From the human T2T-CHM13v2.0 reference genome, Homo sapiens, in assembly GCF_009914755.1 (NCBI RefSeq), contig NC_060942.1: a DNA stretch of 64,000 bases; one strand, 5' to 3'. Shown here piece after piece: positions 34,342 through 51,302 of this stretch. Both the position numbers and the translations under genes were made by a program. Numbering within the stretch: the stretch's first letter is position 1; every line of letters starts with the position of its first letter. Under the pieces are notes generated by a model that searched no databases, was not told where the DNA came from, and saw only the letters and a program-made list of their open reading frames with translations.

Positions 34342-35089
34342 TGCTTGATTCTCCACCTCCAAATTTTAGGGTCTATTCAGAGCTTTTGTGGCCATGTGGG
34401 GACATCTGTGATCTCTGGCTTCTGGGCTGGGCTCACTCAGAGCAGGGCAATCCAATGGTAGGCCTAAGACTTGTAGACCTTAGCCTGGGAGAGGTTCTGC
34501 TTCAAGCAGAAAATGTGGAGCCACAGAGAGGCTGCAGCTCAACAAGGTAATTCTCCCAGCCTCCAGATGACAAAGGTTGCATTTACACCTGGCCAGGAGG
34601 TTTAATCATCTACCTTTTCCAAACACAGCAGGCTAACAACCGGCTGGGCCGAAAATCATAAATTAAAAAAAAAAAATCACCAATAAGAGACAGTACAACG
34701 GGAAGGAGGAGAAAAGTGGCTCAGTGTCCTTGCTCTAGAGGAGGAACCCCTAGGTTTAACCCCTAGTGGGACCCCTGGGTGGGGAGCCATGAGTGAAGGT
34801 CCCACGTGGGAGCCTTTGATGAGAGACTGAGCCAGTGTTCCCCACGCCAGCATGAACAGCACAGTTGCCACAAATCCCATGAAAAAATGGCCCCCTGTGG
34901 GCCAGGGTTGTCTGTCTCACCATGGCTGTGGAGAAAGAAGTCTCTGCCATTAAGATCTTCCCCTGGGGGCTTGCAGGGAGGACTGTGCCATGTTACCGGT
35001 TCTTTTATGTCTTTGCTTTCTTGTTAGAGACCAGGCTGTCTTTTTGTCACCAAATCAGGCAGACTGGCGTAGCAATTACATGCTTCCAC

Positions 35090-35265
35090 CTCATGTCAGA
35101 CTACCTGTGTTCAAATCTCAGCTCCATCATTCACCTGTGGCTTCGGGCAAACAGCCTCAGCTCTCCAAGCCTTGGCTTCCCCATTTATATAATAGGGATG
35201 GTAATAGTACTTGCCTTATAGAATATCGTTGGGGTTAAATGACATAAAGTGTCATTATTATTATT
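35090..35265 (+). mobile_element. MIR
   Basis: cagactacctgtgttcaaatctcagctcc...tagggatggtaatagtac. Confidence 0.7.
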
Positions 35266-36277
35266 TCATGGAAAAATGCAATTCAGGGGACTCAGAGATA
35301 GCTTTAGCTGTGGGTTGATGGTATCTGGGTTCGATGCATTTTAACCAGAATGATGACAGATTTATGTGTAGCAGAGACTTGGGGACGCTGGTGTCCACAG
35401 GACGGTGGTTACACATTAATTTTTCACATATGAATCTGATCACACCAAGAAAGCCACAGAACTCCATCAATGAATAGGATCTTCATAATAAAGTTTTAAT
35501 GGCAAAGGCAAGATCAATCCTTTAGGTAATTAGCAATAAATAGTATTGGATGTCTATACACAAGACACTCTGGTCAGTGCAGGGGACCTAGCAGAATTGG
35601 ATCCAGGCTCTCCTCTCTCAATAAATTTACCATCTTGATAGGGGGACAAGACATACATGTAATTAGCTAGATAGCAACTCAAGATAACATATGTCAAATG
35701 CCAAATGAGTTGTATTGTAGAGCAAATGTATTTGTGTCTTATCTCTTCCACTCACTCCCTGAAGACAGAAACCACATCTGTCTTGCTCATGATATGTCCT
35801 CTGCGCACATCTGCATTATTGCCGAGGCTCCCTGAATACTTACTTTGGCCCAGGCACTGTTCTCAGTGCTTCATAGGCATTAGCTCTTTTAAGCTTATCA
35901 CATAGACTATGATGTAGATACTGTCATCAGCCCATTTTCAGGATGGGAAAAGTGGGTGAGAGAGAAATGCAAAAACTTGCTCAAAGGCACATGGGAACAC
36001 CTGTTACCACTCTGCAGTGTCCATTGCACATACTAGTAACTTTCCCCAGCTGCCCCCTCCAGTGCCTAGTGCCGTACCTGGCACAAGGGATGGGGAAATG
36101 CATTTCTGGGGAGCCCGCCAATGTTCCAGATGCTGCTAGGCACTTAACGTGGGCCTTCTCACTTCATCTTTACAAACTCCATTGAGGTAGGGACCACGAT
36201 GTTCATATGAAGGAGGAAGGGGGTTCTGAGAGGCCAAGGATGTATGCAGGGTACAGGCTGGCAAAAAATGCTTCCTG

Positions 36278-36567
36278 GGCCAGGCACGGTGGCTCATACC
36301 TGTAATCCTAGCACTTTGGGAGGTGGGAGGATCACTTGAGTCCAGGAGTTCGAGACCAGCCTGGCCAACATGGCAAAACCCTGTGTCTACTAAAAATACA
36401 AAAAATTAGCTGGGTGCAGTGGCACATGACTGTAATCCCAGCTACTTGAGAGGCTGAGGCAGAGAATTGCTTAAACCCAGGAGGCGGAGGTTGCAGTGAG
36501 CTGAGACTGCGCCACTGCACTCCAGCCTGGGCGATGGAGTGAGACTCTGTCTCACACACACACACAA
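36278..36567 (+). mobile_element. AluS with (CA)n-converted tail
   Basis: Tail reads tctcacacacacacacaaaaa; TSD gcttcctg. Confidence 0.92.
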
Positions 36568-37809
36568 AAAGCTTCCTGAATGATTTACAAACCAATAGAC
36601 TGACTTGAACTGGGACAAGTTTGGAGCTCAGAGGACTGGGGTGGTGAAGGAAGTCTTTTCCAAGAAGCAGTGTGTCCACTGGATTATGAAGGGATTGGAT
36701 TTGGGTAAGCAGGAAATGCGGGAGAGAGATGGAACTGGAGTGGGAAGGCTGCACAGGAGCCTTGGCAGTGAGCTCATGCCAGCAGCCTGGCTGGAGTAAA
36801 CGATATGTGCAAACAGGCTGGAACAGTGAGAATGGTAGATCAGGGACAGATTATAAGAGGACTTGAGTGCCAAGCAAAGGAGGAGAGACCCTGAAGGAAC
36901 AGAATCCACAGAAATAAGCTGGCCGTGTCTTGAATGCTTAATGCTTCTGGATCTTTAACTGGGTCCAAACATTTGATAAGCCTGGCATGGCCTTTAATTT
37001 CTTCATGCTACAATTATATTGAATTACATAACATCTTTCATCAAGGCCACTGGAAAATTACACAAAACATTTGTTCCATACAGCATGGGAAAGTTTAAAC
37101 GTCTTGCAGGAAAATGCCAATGTCCTTCTTTTCCTGTACTTTTGAGTTAAAGGGACATTCTGAGGTCGTACTGCCTCATTGTTGAGGAAATGGAGCAGGC
37201 AGTGAGGACCAAGGCATAAACCTTGCTGTAACCTACCAGGAGAGCTTAGTGCTGCTCCCAACTGTTCATTTCAGTGCCAGGTGCCCTGAGGTGCCAGATC
37301 CACAGCTATCTGTATCACTGCCACCAGTTTGGGTTTCTGGCTGTGTGTGTGACCTTTGACACAGCTCCTTACCACTCTGATTTTTGTTTTTCCACCTGTG
37401 GAAAAGAGGATCATAATGGTTCCACTTCCTTTGCCTACCTGGCTATGGTGATGAACGTGCTGGTGTTTGCTGAAGGCCAATGGGAACCTAGACATCACAT
37501 AAGCACCTGTGCTCTGACTCTGGGTAGCACCCAGATGGTGGTGGCGGTTCTCTATTTGCTCTCATTACAAAGACAGAATCTCATTCAATGCCCAGTTCCT
37601 TTGCTTTGTCCCATTATAGTGAAGCCAGGATTATGGACGGAGGTCGGGGGATGATGGTGGCGTGGTAGAGAAAATAAAGACACCAAGATGGTTGTTTGTT
37701 TTTCATTGGTGTTTCATATTTTGTTAGCTGTGATTTCTGGACATTGGAAAGTTGTAAAGAGTTATCTTCCGTATCTTGCAAGTTATACTTCAATTATAAG
37801 TATACAGTG

Positions 37810-37935
37810 AAGTGGCTTACACCTGTAATCCCAGCGCTTTGGGATGCTGATGAGGGAGGATTGTGTCAGCCCAAGAGTTTGAGCTCAGCCTTGGCTATGT
37901 TGCCAAGGTCTCACTATGGTGAGACCCCATTTCAT
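37810..37935 (+). mobile_element. Degenerate Alu left monomer with internal fold-back segments
   Basis: gtggcttacacctgtaatcccagcgctttggga...gtgagacccc. Confidence 0.75.
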
Positions 37936-38818
37936 GAGGGGAGAAATAGGTATATATATATACACATATACATATAAATACACATAAACTTTGCCGAAGT
38001 TGAAGGTTGGAAGATGAAAGAACTGGTATTTAGTGCTCTAATTTAGAATATAGTTCTTTTAGTATGTAACTCTTCTTTTTTCATTCATTTTGGGAAAAGA
38101 CGCTGGCCTTTTTTTTTTCAAGGAGAAAGACAAAAATAGCTCCTTGAACTACCAGAAAGTATTTGTTAAAAGGTCCTTTGAAGCTATTGTAGAATCTTCT
38201 GTCATTGGTTCTAAGCCTCAAAGAAGTAAAACCCTAAGTAAACAGTGTGTTAATTATTGGTCATGTGGAACTTAGAATGGAGGACCAGACTCCTCTGAAA
38301 ACATTTGGGACTTTCCTCAAAATTCCATGTATTTTTCAAATGGATATTTGAAAACCTTTGATTAAGCGAGCCAGGCTTCTTGTTTTCCTGTCCTCTATCA
38401 AGATTCAGACTCAGTTGGCCACCCACTGATATGAATCTGTAAATAGATTAAATCCTCCCTTTGAACACACTGGTCCCTAACTTGCTATCTTATGAAAATG
38501 TTTGGGAGATGACAACATCAGACCAGCACTCAGCACAGACCAGCATGTCTGCCCTTTGCTAAGGTGACCTGGGAGGCTACAGGTCTTTTGGAGAGAAAGG
38601 GAAGAGCCAGAGAATTATAGAACAGAAAATAGGCCTGCACAGAGTCTAGCATCCCTGACCCTCTGACCATCATTCCATGTGTGAATGCACGTGTGTGTGA
38701 ATGTCGGGGTGGGGATGCTGATTCCACAGGGATCCCACTGTATTTCCATTTAGCCTTGTGCCTTGTGGTAGGCGGGAGGAATATGGGGAACAGGGTTTTA
38801 AAAAATATGTATTTTCAT

Positions 38819-39026
38819 AACATATGAGACCCTCTAATCAATACCTGTGCCTGGTGGTGCATGTCTGCCTATTGTGTCCAGCTACCTGGGAGGCTGAGGC
38901 AGGAGGATTGCTTGAGCTCAGGAGTTTGAGCTGCAGTGAGATATGATTGAGCCTGTGAATGGTCATTGCACTCCAGCCTAGGGAACATAGTGAGATCCCC
39001 ATCTCTAAAACAAAACAAAACAAAAC
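38819..39026 (+). mobile_element. 5'-truncated AluJ/FRAM with (AAAAC)n tail
   Basis: TSD aaatatgtattttcat at 38803 and 39027. Confidence 0.85.
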
Positions 39027-39066
39027 AAATATGTATTTTCATTGTCTCATTTCTAAAACCTAATCT

Positions 39067-39740
<674 letters not shown>

Positions 39741-40539
39741 CTAACATTCCATATTTTCTCTCATTTATTTTACTTTTTTCTTTAAATGAATCCCTTCTGC
39801 TCTCATCTTCCTTATTTTTCTAACATAATCTCCTTTTTGTCTACTTCCTAATTTTTACTTTTTTCCTATTTATTTTAATTCTATTTTTAAGCTTCCCCCT
39901 CTTATTTGTTTTTCTCTTGCTACTCTCCCCAGGGGCTGTAAGTCAGAGAACTTGAACTTGACCCAGAGCATGGCCAGACACATCAGCTATTCCCTACATC
40001 ACGTTTCTTTAAAATAAAGCCTGCCAGCACAAGAGGCTTGTAGAGTTTGCCATAGTACATGTACCCAGGGCTCTGCTTTTGTTCACGATTCTGTATTCAT
40101 ATTGTGATTTTAATAGCTGCTAATCAAAGAAAGAGGCTTTCTAGTCATTGGTAAGCTGGCAAAGAGCAAAACAACCAAATGCCTGACAAGCAGCTGGTAA
40201 GGAGGTTGTGCTGGAGAAATAAACATGCAATTGTCTTCCCTTCCACAATTCAGACCGACTTGCATTCTCTTTACCTGGTGGTTACAACAGAGATTCCCGG
40301 AGTTTCTAAACTAGAAGTGAGCCTTTAGAAGCAATTTGCAAAGATGCCATAACTGCAGAAAACTAATGAAATAACCAGGTTGGGGGTTCGAAAGTCTGGA
40401 GAAAAGAGGAGAGCTCAGCTAAGAACCGTCTGAACGTTTTTTCCATATTCAACCTTCAGCACCTCTGAAGCCCACCCCAGTTCCCTATTTGCCCCCCATA
40501 CGTGTATTGCTGTTCCCAGTAAAACAGGGGCTTTAGCAC

Positions 40540-40710
40540 AGTGGTTAAGGCCTCTGGAAGGAGACTAGGTTTGAATTCCAGCAAAATAACCTCCCCAAGG
40601 CTCAGTTACCTTGACTGAAAATAGGTACAATAGGACCCGTTGTTAAACTAGATGATCCAAGTCAAACAGTTGGCATGGCGTCTGACGCTAATAAGTGCTC
40701 AAGTTGTTGT
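40540..40710 (+). mobile_element. MIR
   Basis: gtggttaagg...ctaggtttgaattcc...aataagtgctc. Confidence 0.65.
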
Positions 40711-40957
40711 TCTTACCCTTGCCCACTATTGAGGAAGTCCCAAGCCTCAAAAAGACTTAATGGAGAGCTACATGTGCCCAGAGTCCTCCCTCCCCCAGGG
40801 AGAGGCAGGAAACTCAAACCCCACACCAGCGCACAGCAAGTGCCCTGCCACCAGGCCCAGCTCCTCCTAACTTCACCTACTTCATAGTGAGCCAGAAACT
40901 ATTTTAAAGGAAGGTGAGAAAAAATCTTTTACTGTTGTGATAAACATTTCCCTCTAA

Positions 40958-41645
<688 letters not shown>

Positions 41646-42463
41646 GAGACTGCATCTTACTCTGTCTCCCAGGCTGGAGTGCTGTGGTGCAATCAGAGCT
41701 CTCACTGCAGCCTTGACCTCCTGAGCTCAATCCATCCTCCTTCCTTGGCTGCCCAAAGAGCTGGGAATATAGGTGTGAGCCACTGCGTCCGGCCACAACA
41801 ACCATTTTTATTTACCCATACCTCTGTGGGTCAGCAATTTGGGTTGGGCTCAGCTGAACAGTTCTGCCTGTCTTGACTGGGTCAGTTGGTGGGCCGGCTG
41901 GGACAATGGCTTTTGATGGCCTCACTCACATGTCTGGCATTTGGTGCTGTCTGTCGGGGCTGTCTCTCTCTGCATCTGGTCTCTTATCCTCAAGGAGGCC
42001 AGCCAGTCTGGGCTTTTCACAAGGTGGCAGCATTCCAAGAAGACACACACAGAAAGTCTGGACTCTTGAAGCCTAGACTCGGGTATTGCACAGTGTCATC
42101 TTAGCCACAATCCACTGCAGGACCCCTCAGCCTCAAAGCATAGGCAAACAGACTCTACCTCTTGATGGGAAACACAGCAAAGTCATACTGCAAATGGACA
42201 TGCATGTAGGAATGGGAGAAATTATTATACCCATCTTTGCAAATAATCTACGAAAGTCCACCTCTGGTCATAATAAATCACGTCCTTCTTTCATGGGCAA
42301 TACTTATTCCCCAAAAGCTTATCCCATTAGGGCATCAGGCCTTGAAGTCCAGGATGTGGTCTTTAATATTAGATCCAGATCTGGATGAGACTCCTCTAGT
42401 AAATCGTAAAAAGTGCCATAGTAGGTTTAGAGTCAGAATGGTGAAGAGAACTTGTATTTTTTA

Positions 42464-43223
<760 letters not shown>

Positions 43224-43895
43224 GGTGCATGTTTTTAGATCTCTTTACTCTAAGGGTAGGGAATTTTCCTTGATTAGGGCCCAGTTTTGCTAACTGAAAG
43301 TGATTTCCTAGTCCATTGCTCTCCTTGACTCTTGGTTCTGCCCTCTGGGCTCTTCGCTCCACTGTCTAAGCGGTCCTATCCTTTTCTCTAGGAACAGCCC
43401 GTTTTCAGATAAATAGCTTTCTCAACCTGCTTCCTGCCCATGGAAAATTGGGGACCCAGAAACCTTTTATTTTGAACAAACTCTGTCCCCTTTAGTCTCA
43501 TATAATATATCTCCCTTAAAACTGTATGGATTTCTAGTAAATCAAATTATAGTCACCTCTAGTAGGTAGACCTCTTTTTAGTTTGAGCAATGAGTTAAGC
43601 AGCTACAGGAAAATGCCTTTAAGATTTGTGGAGTTCTTATCCAATGAGAGGATAGGCTTTCTGAGGTATTGATCAGAGAGTTTTAAAGCCACACCTTTGA
43701 TTTTATCTTTTTCTGAAGCCCTTTCTTTCTCTGATAATATTTTGCTAACTCAAGAGACTTGGAGATGAAAAATGGTTTTATTTTTCAGTCGAGCACATAC
43801 CAGACCTTCTAGAGTCCCTCCAAATTCTGCTTGCAAACTGAGTAGTCCCTTCTTTAGCTTATCTTTCTCTCTCCAAACAGAAATCTTCTTACTCA

Positions 43896-44678
<783 letters not shown>

Positions 44679-44844
44679 TTATCGTTTTTCCAGCTTATGC
44701 CCTCCACCTGGTCCTAAAGCCAATGCCACTTGTTTTAGGTTATATATGGTGGCACCCCACTTCCAGTACCAATTTCTATATCAGTTGTTTATTGCTGTGT
44801 AACAAACCTTCCCCAAATGCAGTGGCCTTAAATGATAATGATTT

Positions 44845-44986
44845 AGCTGGGGGTGGCGGCCTGCACCTGTAGTCCCAGCTACTTGGGAGGCTGAGATGGG
44901 AAGATCACTTGAGCCCAGGAGTTAGGTACCAGCCTGGGCAGCATAGTGAGACTCCAACTTAAAAATAAATAAGTAAATAAATAAAT
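44845..44986 (+). mobile_element. Alu monomer (FLAM-like) in the 5' LTR
   Basis: Single monomer with (TAAA)n tail; tgattt duplicated. Confidence 0.8.
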
Positions 44987-45625
44987 ACCACTGATTTGCT
45001 CATAGTTCAGTGGGTCAGCAGTTGGGGATGGCCTCAGTTGGGCAGTTCTCCTTTTGCCCTCAGCTAAGGTCACTCAGGTGACTGTAGTCAGGTGTCAGGT
45101 AGGCTGGGACCAGCTAAGCCTGTGGCCTCACTCACATGCCTGGGTCTTGTGTTGGCTATCAGCTAGGCCTCTCTCTCCATATAGTTTCTCATTCTCAAAG
45201 AGGCTAGCCTGGACTTCTTCAGAACAGCAGCACTGCAAGAGGGCAGGAGTGGAACCTGTACAGTCTCTTGAGGCCTAGGCTCAGAAGTCATACAATATAA
45301 TTTTTGCTACATTCGACTAGTCAAAGTTAGACACAAGGTTGGTCCACAGGTAGAGATAGGGAAATAGATTTTACCTCTCAATGGGAGGAGGGGTAAGGCC
45401 ATTTTAAAAAGGGGCATATGAACAGGAATGGGAGGAATTCTCAGTCCATTTTTCAAACAATCTACTGCAAACATAGTCTTGAACATGATGTTCAAAACCT
45501 GTCTATCTCCCCACAATTCTATATGTCACATGAAATATTATTCCTCCTCACATTTTTTCCATTTTAAAAATTGTGGTAATATAAAGTAACAAAATGTACC
45601 ATACCTCTTCATAGTTATTAAACTA

Positions 45626-45929
<304 letters not shown>

Positions 45930-46432
45930 GTTATTAAACTACTAATGCATTATTAGTGTAATTAATGCATACCATTGGTGTAATGGTGAGTATACCACTA
46001 TCTGAGCTTCTTCCATCCCACCCCCTTATTCAATTACCCATTGGTTGCCAAGCTAAAAGCATTCAGGCATCAACTTAAAGCGAAAACCCCTCTGTGTCTC
46101 TCCTTATTCCACGCCTTTCTCATGAAAAGCCAGGAAAAAGGTGAGGCTTTGCTGTAGTAAATTCTCTTGTAGACACTCCTGCCTATTTTTCCTAAGACTC
46201 TAAACACGCAAGTCACTGTTTAACTTCCCGGGTATTATATTTTACTGTCTGATGTCTTAGTCATTTCCAGCATCCTGGGAATAAAGTTGAGAGCAGGTAA
46301 GAATTATTATCCCTGACATACTGCCGAGCCTGTGGCTTAGTTATAAAGAAAACCAGCTATTCCCTCACTGCTCATTGTCTCTTCCATTTGAGTTAGAACG
46401 GGAGTATATTGTTGTATTCAAGAACTGCTTCA

Positions 46433-46817
<385 letters not shown>

Positions 46818-47464
46818 TTACACTGTGAGGCCATTTTTTTAAGGTGTAAAAACAAACTAATTATTATCATTAAAAATATGTATTTAAAAGTCCTCTTTCA
46901 TACAGATTAAATAACGTCAGACCTTAGAAGTGACCAGAAATTAACTAGGAAATTTGGAATGTTGCGAGGGAACAATGAAGAAGTTGTCCAATTTGACTAT
47001 AAATTAAACTATTTTGCAATTTTCCTCCAAAACAAAAACAGAAACAACCCCCCCAAAATACTTTCCACCCTGAACAACTTCAGTAATGCTATTTTTCTTT
47101 GCACCCTGACTGTCCTTGGTCCACATTCCCAGCTGCTTTTTATGTTCCAAATGTCTGTTTACTTCCAGAAGAAACAAACAAAAGGAAACACTGAAGGGCA
47201 CCTCTTTCAACATTGACCTTCAGTGAACATGTTGGCTCATTTAATTCCTCCTCTCCTTAGAACCAACTGGATACTCAAACTCTGTAAAGGGCTGTGGAGG
47301 AGGCAACAGGAGCGAGAATCATCTGGGAACAGCCCTGTGCCACTTTTAACAAGCAGTCTTACAACTGTACAAAGCAAAGCAACTTTGTTCTTGGTAGTTG
47401 TTGAGTTCGCATCTAACATTCCCGGGCTGCAGCACTCCTGTTTGTACAACGTGTAAGACGCAAC

Positions 47465-47690
47465 ACAGTGAATGAGTCAAGTCTGGACTCAGGAGCCTGA
47501 ATGCCTGAGTTTGAATCTGGCATCACCACTTACCAGCTGTAAAACTTTGGGCAAGTTACCTAACTTCTCCTGGGTCTCAGTTTCTTCATTTGTAAAATGG
47601 GAATAATAATAGACCCTCCCTCTTTGGGATATTGTGAGGACTAAATGATTAGAAGCATGCTTGCTGCTTAGAAATGTTATATGTGTTTAA
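47465..47690 (+). mobile_element. MIR
   Basis: ctttgggcaagttacctaacttctc...ctcagtttcttcatttgtaaaatgggaataataatag. Confidence 0.88.
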
Positions 47691-47704
47691 GAAATTAAGA
47701 ATAA

Positions 47705-48153
47705 GGCTGGGTGCAATGGCTTATGCAGCACTTTGGGAGGCAGAGGCAGGAGAATCGCTTGAGCCAGCAGTTCGAGACTAGCCTGGGCAACACAGTGAGA
47801 TCTCATCTCTACAAAAAAAAAAAAAAAAAAAAAAAAAAAGAAAAAAGAAGAAGAAGAAGAAGAAATTTAAAGCAGGCCAAGCATGGTGTCTCAAGCCTGT
47901 AATCCCAGCACTTTGGGAGGCCAAGGCGGGCAGATCATAAGCTCAGGAGTTCAAGACCAGCCTGGCCAACATAGTGAAACCCTGTCTCTATTAAAAATGC
48001 AGAAATTAGCTGGGTGTGGTGGTGCGAGCCTGTAATCATAGCTACTAGGGAGGCTGAGGCCGGAAAATCACTTGAACCTGAAAGGCAGAGGTTGCTGTGA
48101 GCTGAAATCATGTCACTGCAGTCCAGCCTGTCTCAAGAAAAAAAAAAAAAAAA
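47705..48153 (+). mobile_element. Alu left monomer with A/GAA tail followed by an AluS (47874-48153)
   Basis: Two adjacent Alu units; aagaataa flanks both ends. Confidence 0.88.
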
Positions 48154-48472
48154 AGAATAAATAACAAACTTATTTGATGGCTCTGTGGATACAAAGGGAA
48201 CATTAATGCATTAAAATATTCCATGAACTTGAAATGGTGTTGTAAGAAGAGGCTGTCTTTTCAGTGTCCTTAATGAGAAAAAACCCTTGTTTTCTGAGGC
48301 TTAAGATAGGACTATACAACCATTATAGTAATTATAAAATATTATTTGTAATATATAATATTTTAGGACCCTCTTTAAGGAAAGTCTCTATTACTCTTTT
48401 TCCTCAGGTATTCCTACCCTCCTACCCCTACTCCTGCATGACAGTTTCATTTAGTGTTTAAGCGCATGAAAT

Positions 48473-48564
48473 TTGGAGGGAGGTAAAGCTCGTGACCTTT
48501 GATTGGAGGGAGGTAAAGCTCTGTGACCTTTGATTGGAGGGAGGTAAAGCTCTGTGACCTTTGA
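48473..48564. repeat. 3 x 31-bp minisatellite
   Basis: ttggagggaggtaaagctc(t)gtgacctttga at 48473, 48503 and 48534. Confidence 0.95.
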
Positions 48565-48676
48565 GTGGGTTTCAGTTTCTTTGTCTTTAAAATGGGTGTG
48601 GGATTTACTGTGAAAATCAGAACAGCTAAACAAGTAAAGCACTTAGCACTTGGATGAATAAAGATTATTATTGGTG

Positions 48677-48963
48677 GGGGCTGGTGGGTCATGCCTGTAA
48701 TTTCAGCTCTTTGGAAGGCCGAGGAGGGTGGATCACTTGAGCCCAGGAGTTCAAGACCAGTCTGGGAAACATAGCAAGACCTTGTCTTTACAAAAAACAC
48801 AAAAATTGGCCGGATGTGGTGGCTGGTGCCTGTGGTCCCAGCTAACTCAGGAGGCCGAGGCAGGAGGATTGCTTGAGCCTGGGAGGTCAAGGCTGCAGTG
48901 AGCCATGATCGTGCCACTGTACTCCAGCCTGGGTGACAGAGTGAGACCCTGTCTCAAAAAAAA
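48677..48963 (+). mobile_element. AluJb-like
   Basis: gaggtcaaggctgcagtgagccatgatcgtg. Confidence 0.92.
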
Positions 48964-50098
48964 TTATTTCTATTATTATTATTAAAAATATTTCCCCTAA
49001 TCCCAGATCATATTATCCAGACTAAGGCCCTAGGAAAGTGAAGATTTTATCTGGCTCCTACAAATGTCTCTGTGACAATAAGCAAGTGATAGTCACTGAT
49101 AATAGAACAGCAATTAACCCCAAAATTTCTGGAAGCTTTTTGGAGGACCAAAGAAATAACAAGAAAAATCTTGGCCTGGAATATTCCAGAAGATACATTC
49201 TGAGGCCGAAAAAGAGAATTGGAGGAAGCCTGAACTTTCCATATCCAAAAACTTCTTTCGTCAAGAGTCCCATTTTTGGTTTTGCCCCGGAGTCACTGGG
49301 AAAATTATCTGCCTTCTTTTGGGTCCTGGTTTCCTCATTTAAAAATGAATCTTATGATATAATGTTTACAGGCAAGAAAAAAATTGAAAAAAGAAAGTAA
49401 AAATGGAGAGGTTACCTTGAAGATCCTCTTTACCTCTGAGATGTTTGGGGAAGACCTCAGATGGAACTGGTTTCAGCCAGGTCATCCATCCATTCACTAC
49501 CACAAAGGAAACCAAACAGAGCCGAGATAAGAAATTCCCTTTCAACAAATATCTTGTTATTATGCTGATTTTCAGTCACATAATCAGTCTTAAAGCAAAT
49601 CCCATCTCAATGGAATTTATAAAAGGATTAGGAAATGGAAAAAAGAGGGATATGTTAGCAAACTCATTTGATTAAATTTAAGCCCATTTCCCTTCATCCT
49701 TTACTTTTTTTTTTTTTTAACCGAAGAGGGTGGAGAGCACAAACAATTCACTGGCTCTCATGCTTGTATTTTAGGTTTCTCTATTCATGGCTGGCTGTGT
49801 AACTGACCTGCTTTTAAGGGGCTCATTTCTTCAGTCATAATACTGAAGGAACATAAATAAAGAATCTCTTTAGGTGTGGCCTCCCTTGATGTTTCAACAA
49901 GAAAAACCTAAGTTAGGGCAGGACACAAAGACTCTTTCAGTCTCAGTCCAGAGGAAGAACACGTGTCATTTGGACTTGCAGTAGAAACTATGGGCTTGAT
50001 AGCTAAAGCTGTTTTCTGCTTTGCTCTCTTGTTTTGTTTTTGTAGATTACTGCTAGTTCCAAATAATTGAACTGTGTCAAATGAAATTCCACTCAATC

Positions 50099-50404
<306 letters not shown>

Positions 50405-50784
50405 GGAATTCCACTCAATTTGATTAGCATTTAGAGGAGTTCTTTTGACTTCTGTTCTCCTAGATTGAGCAGATTAAATATATTAAACAGTGCTGTTGTC
50501 TATTATCAAATGGCCACATCCAAACCTCTGCCTTCAGATTTGGCCCAACTCTGGGTCAAGTTCTCCTGTATGATAGTAAGGGATTTTGAAAGGGATGTCT
50601 AGTTTTTCATCTTCCAGTTTTGGTTTTAACCTTGGAGAATTTGAGGAGGTAGGGTGTTAATTAATTTTACAGTGGTACAGACATCTGTGTAGCCCCTCAT
50701 AATGTTGAAGCACCCTCACAGCCACAAAATAAATGTATTCTTGTGACAGTTCTCTGCGGCCTGTCCTGTGAGCATCCTTCTTGT

Positions 50785-50945
50785 TTTATTTTTTTTGAGC
50801 CGGGGTCTTGCTCTGTCACCCAGGCTCTGGAATGCAGGGGCTCCATCATGACTCACTACAGCATTAAACTCCTGGGCTCAAGCGATCCTCCCACCTCAGC
50901 CTCCTGAGTAGCTGGGATTACAGGTGTGTGGCACCACACTCGCCT
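50785..50945 (-). mobile_element. Alu right monomer (AluJ/FRAM)
   Basis: Antisense right arm only. Confidence 0.85.
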
Positions 50946-51061
50946 CATACTTCTTTTTCTGACAACTTATTTGTGTGTGCTTTATAATTTTCAAACTGCA
51001 ATTTTAATTCTCCCAGCAAATCTGTAATTTTAGTGTTATCATCATGATTTAAAAAAGAATA

Positions 51062-51302
51062 GGCTGGGTGTGGTGGCTCACGCCCGTAATCCCAGCACTT
51101 TGGGAAGTCAAGGCTGGAAAATTGCTTGAGGCCTAGAGTTGGAGACCAGCCTGGGCAACATAGCGAGACCCTGTCTCTACCAAAAAAAATTGAACATGGC
51201 TCGCACTTGAGCCCAGGTGTTGAAGCTGCAGTGAGCCATGATTTTGCCACTGCACTGCAGGCTGAGCAACAGAGCAACACCCTCTCTCAAAAAAAAAAAA
51301 AA
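51062..51302 (+). mobile_element. AluJ with internal deletion
   Basis: TSD aaaaaagaatag. Confidence 0.88.

Noticed and set aside
48473-48564. CRISPR-like array of ~31-bp repeats
   Set aside because: Units are head-to-tail with no unique spacers, no cas genes are present and the context is eukaryotic
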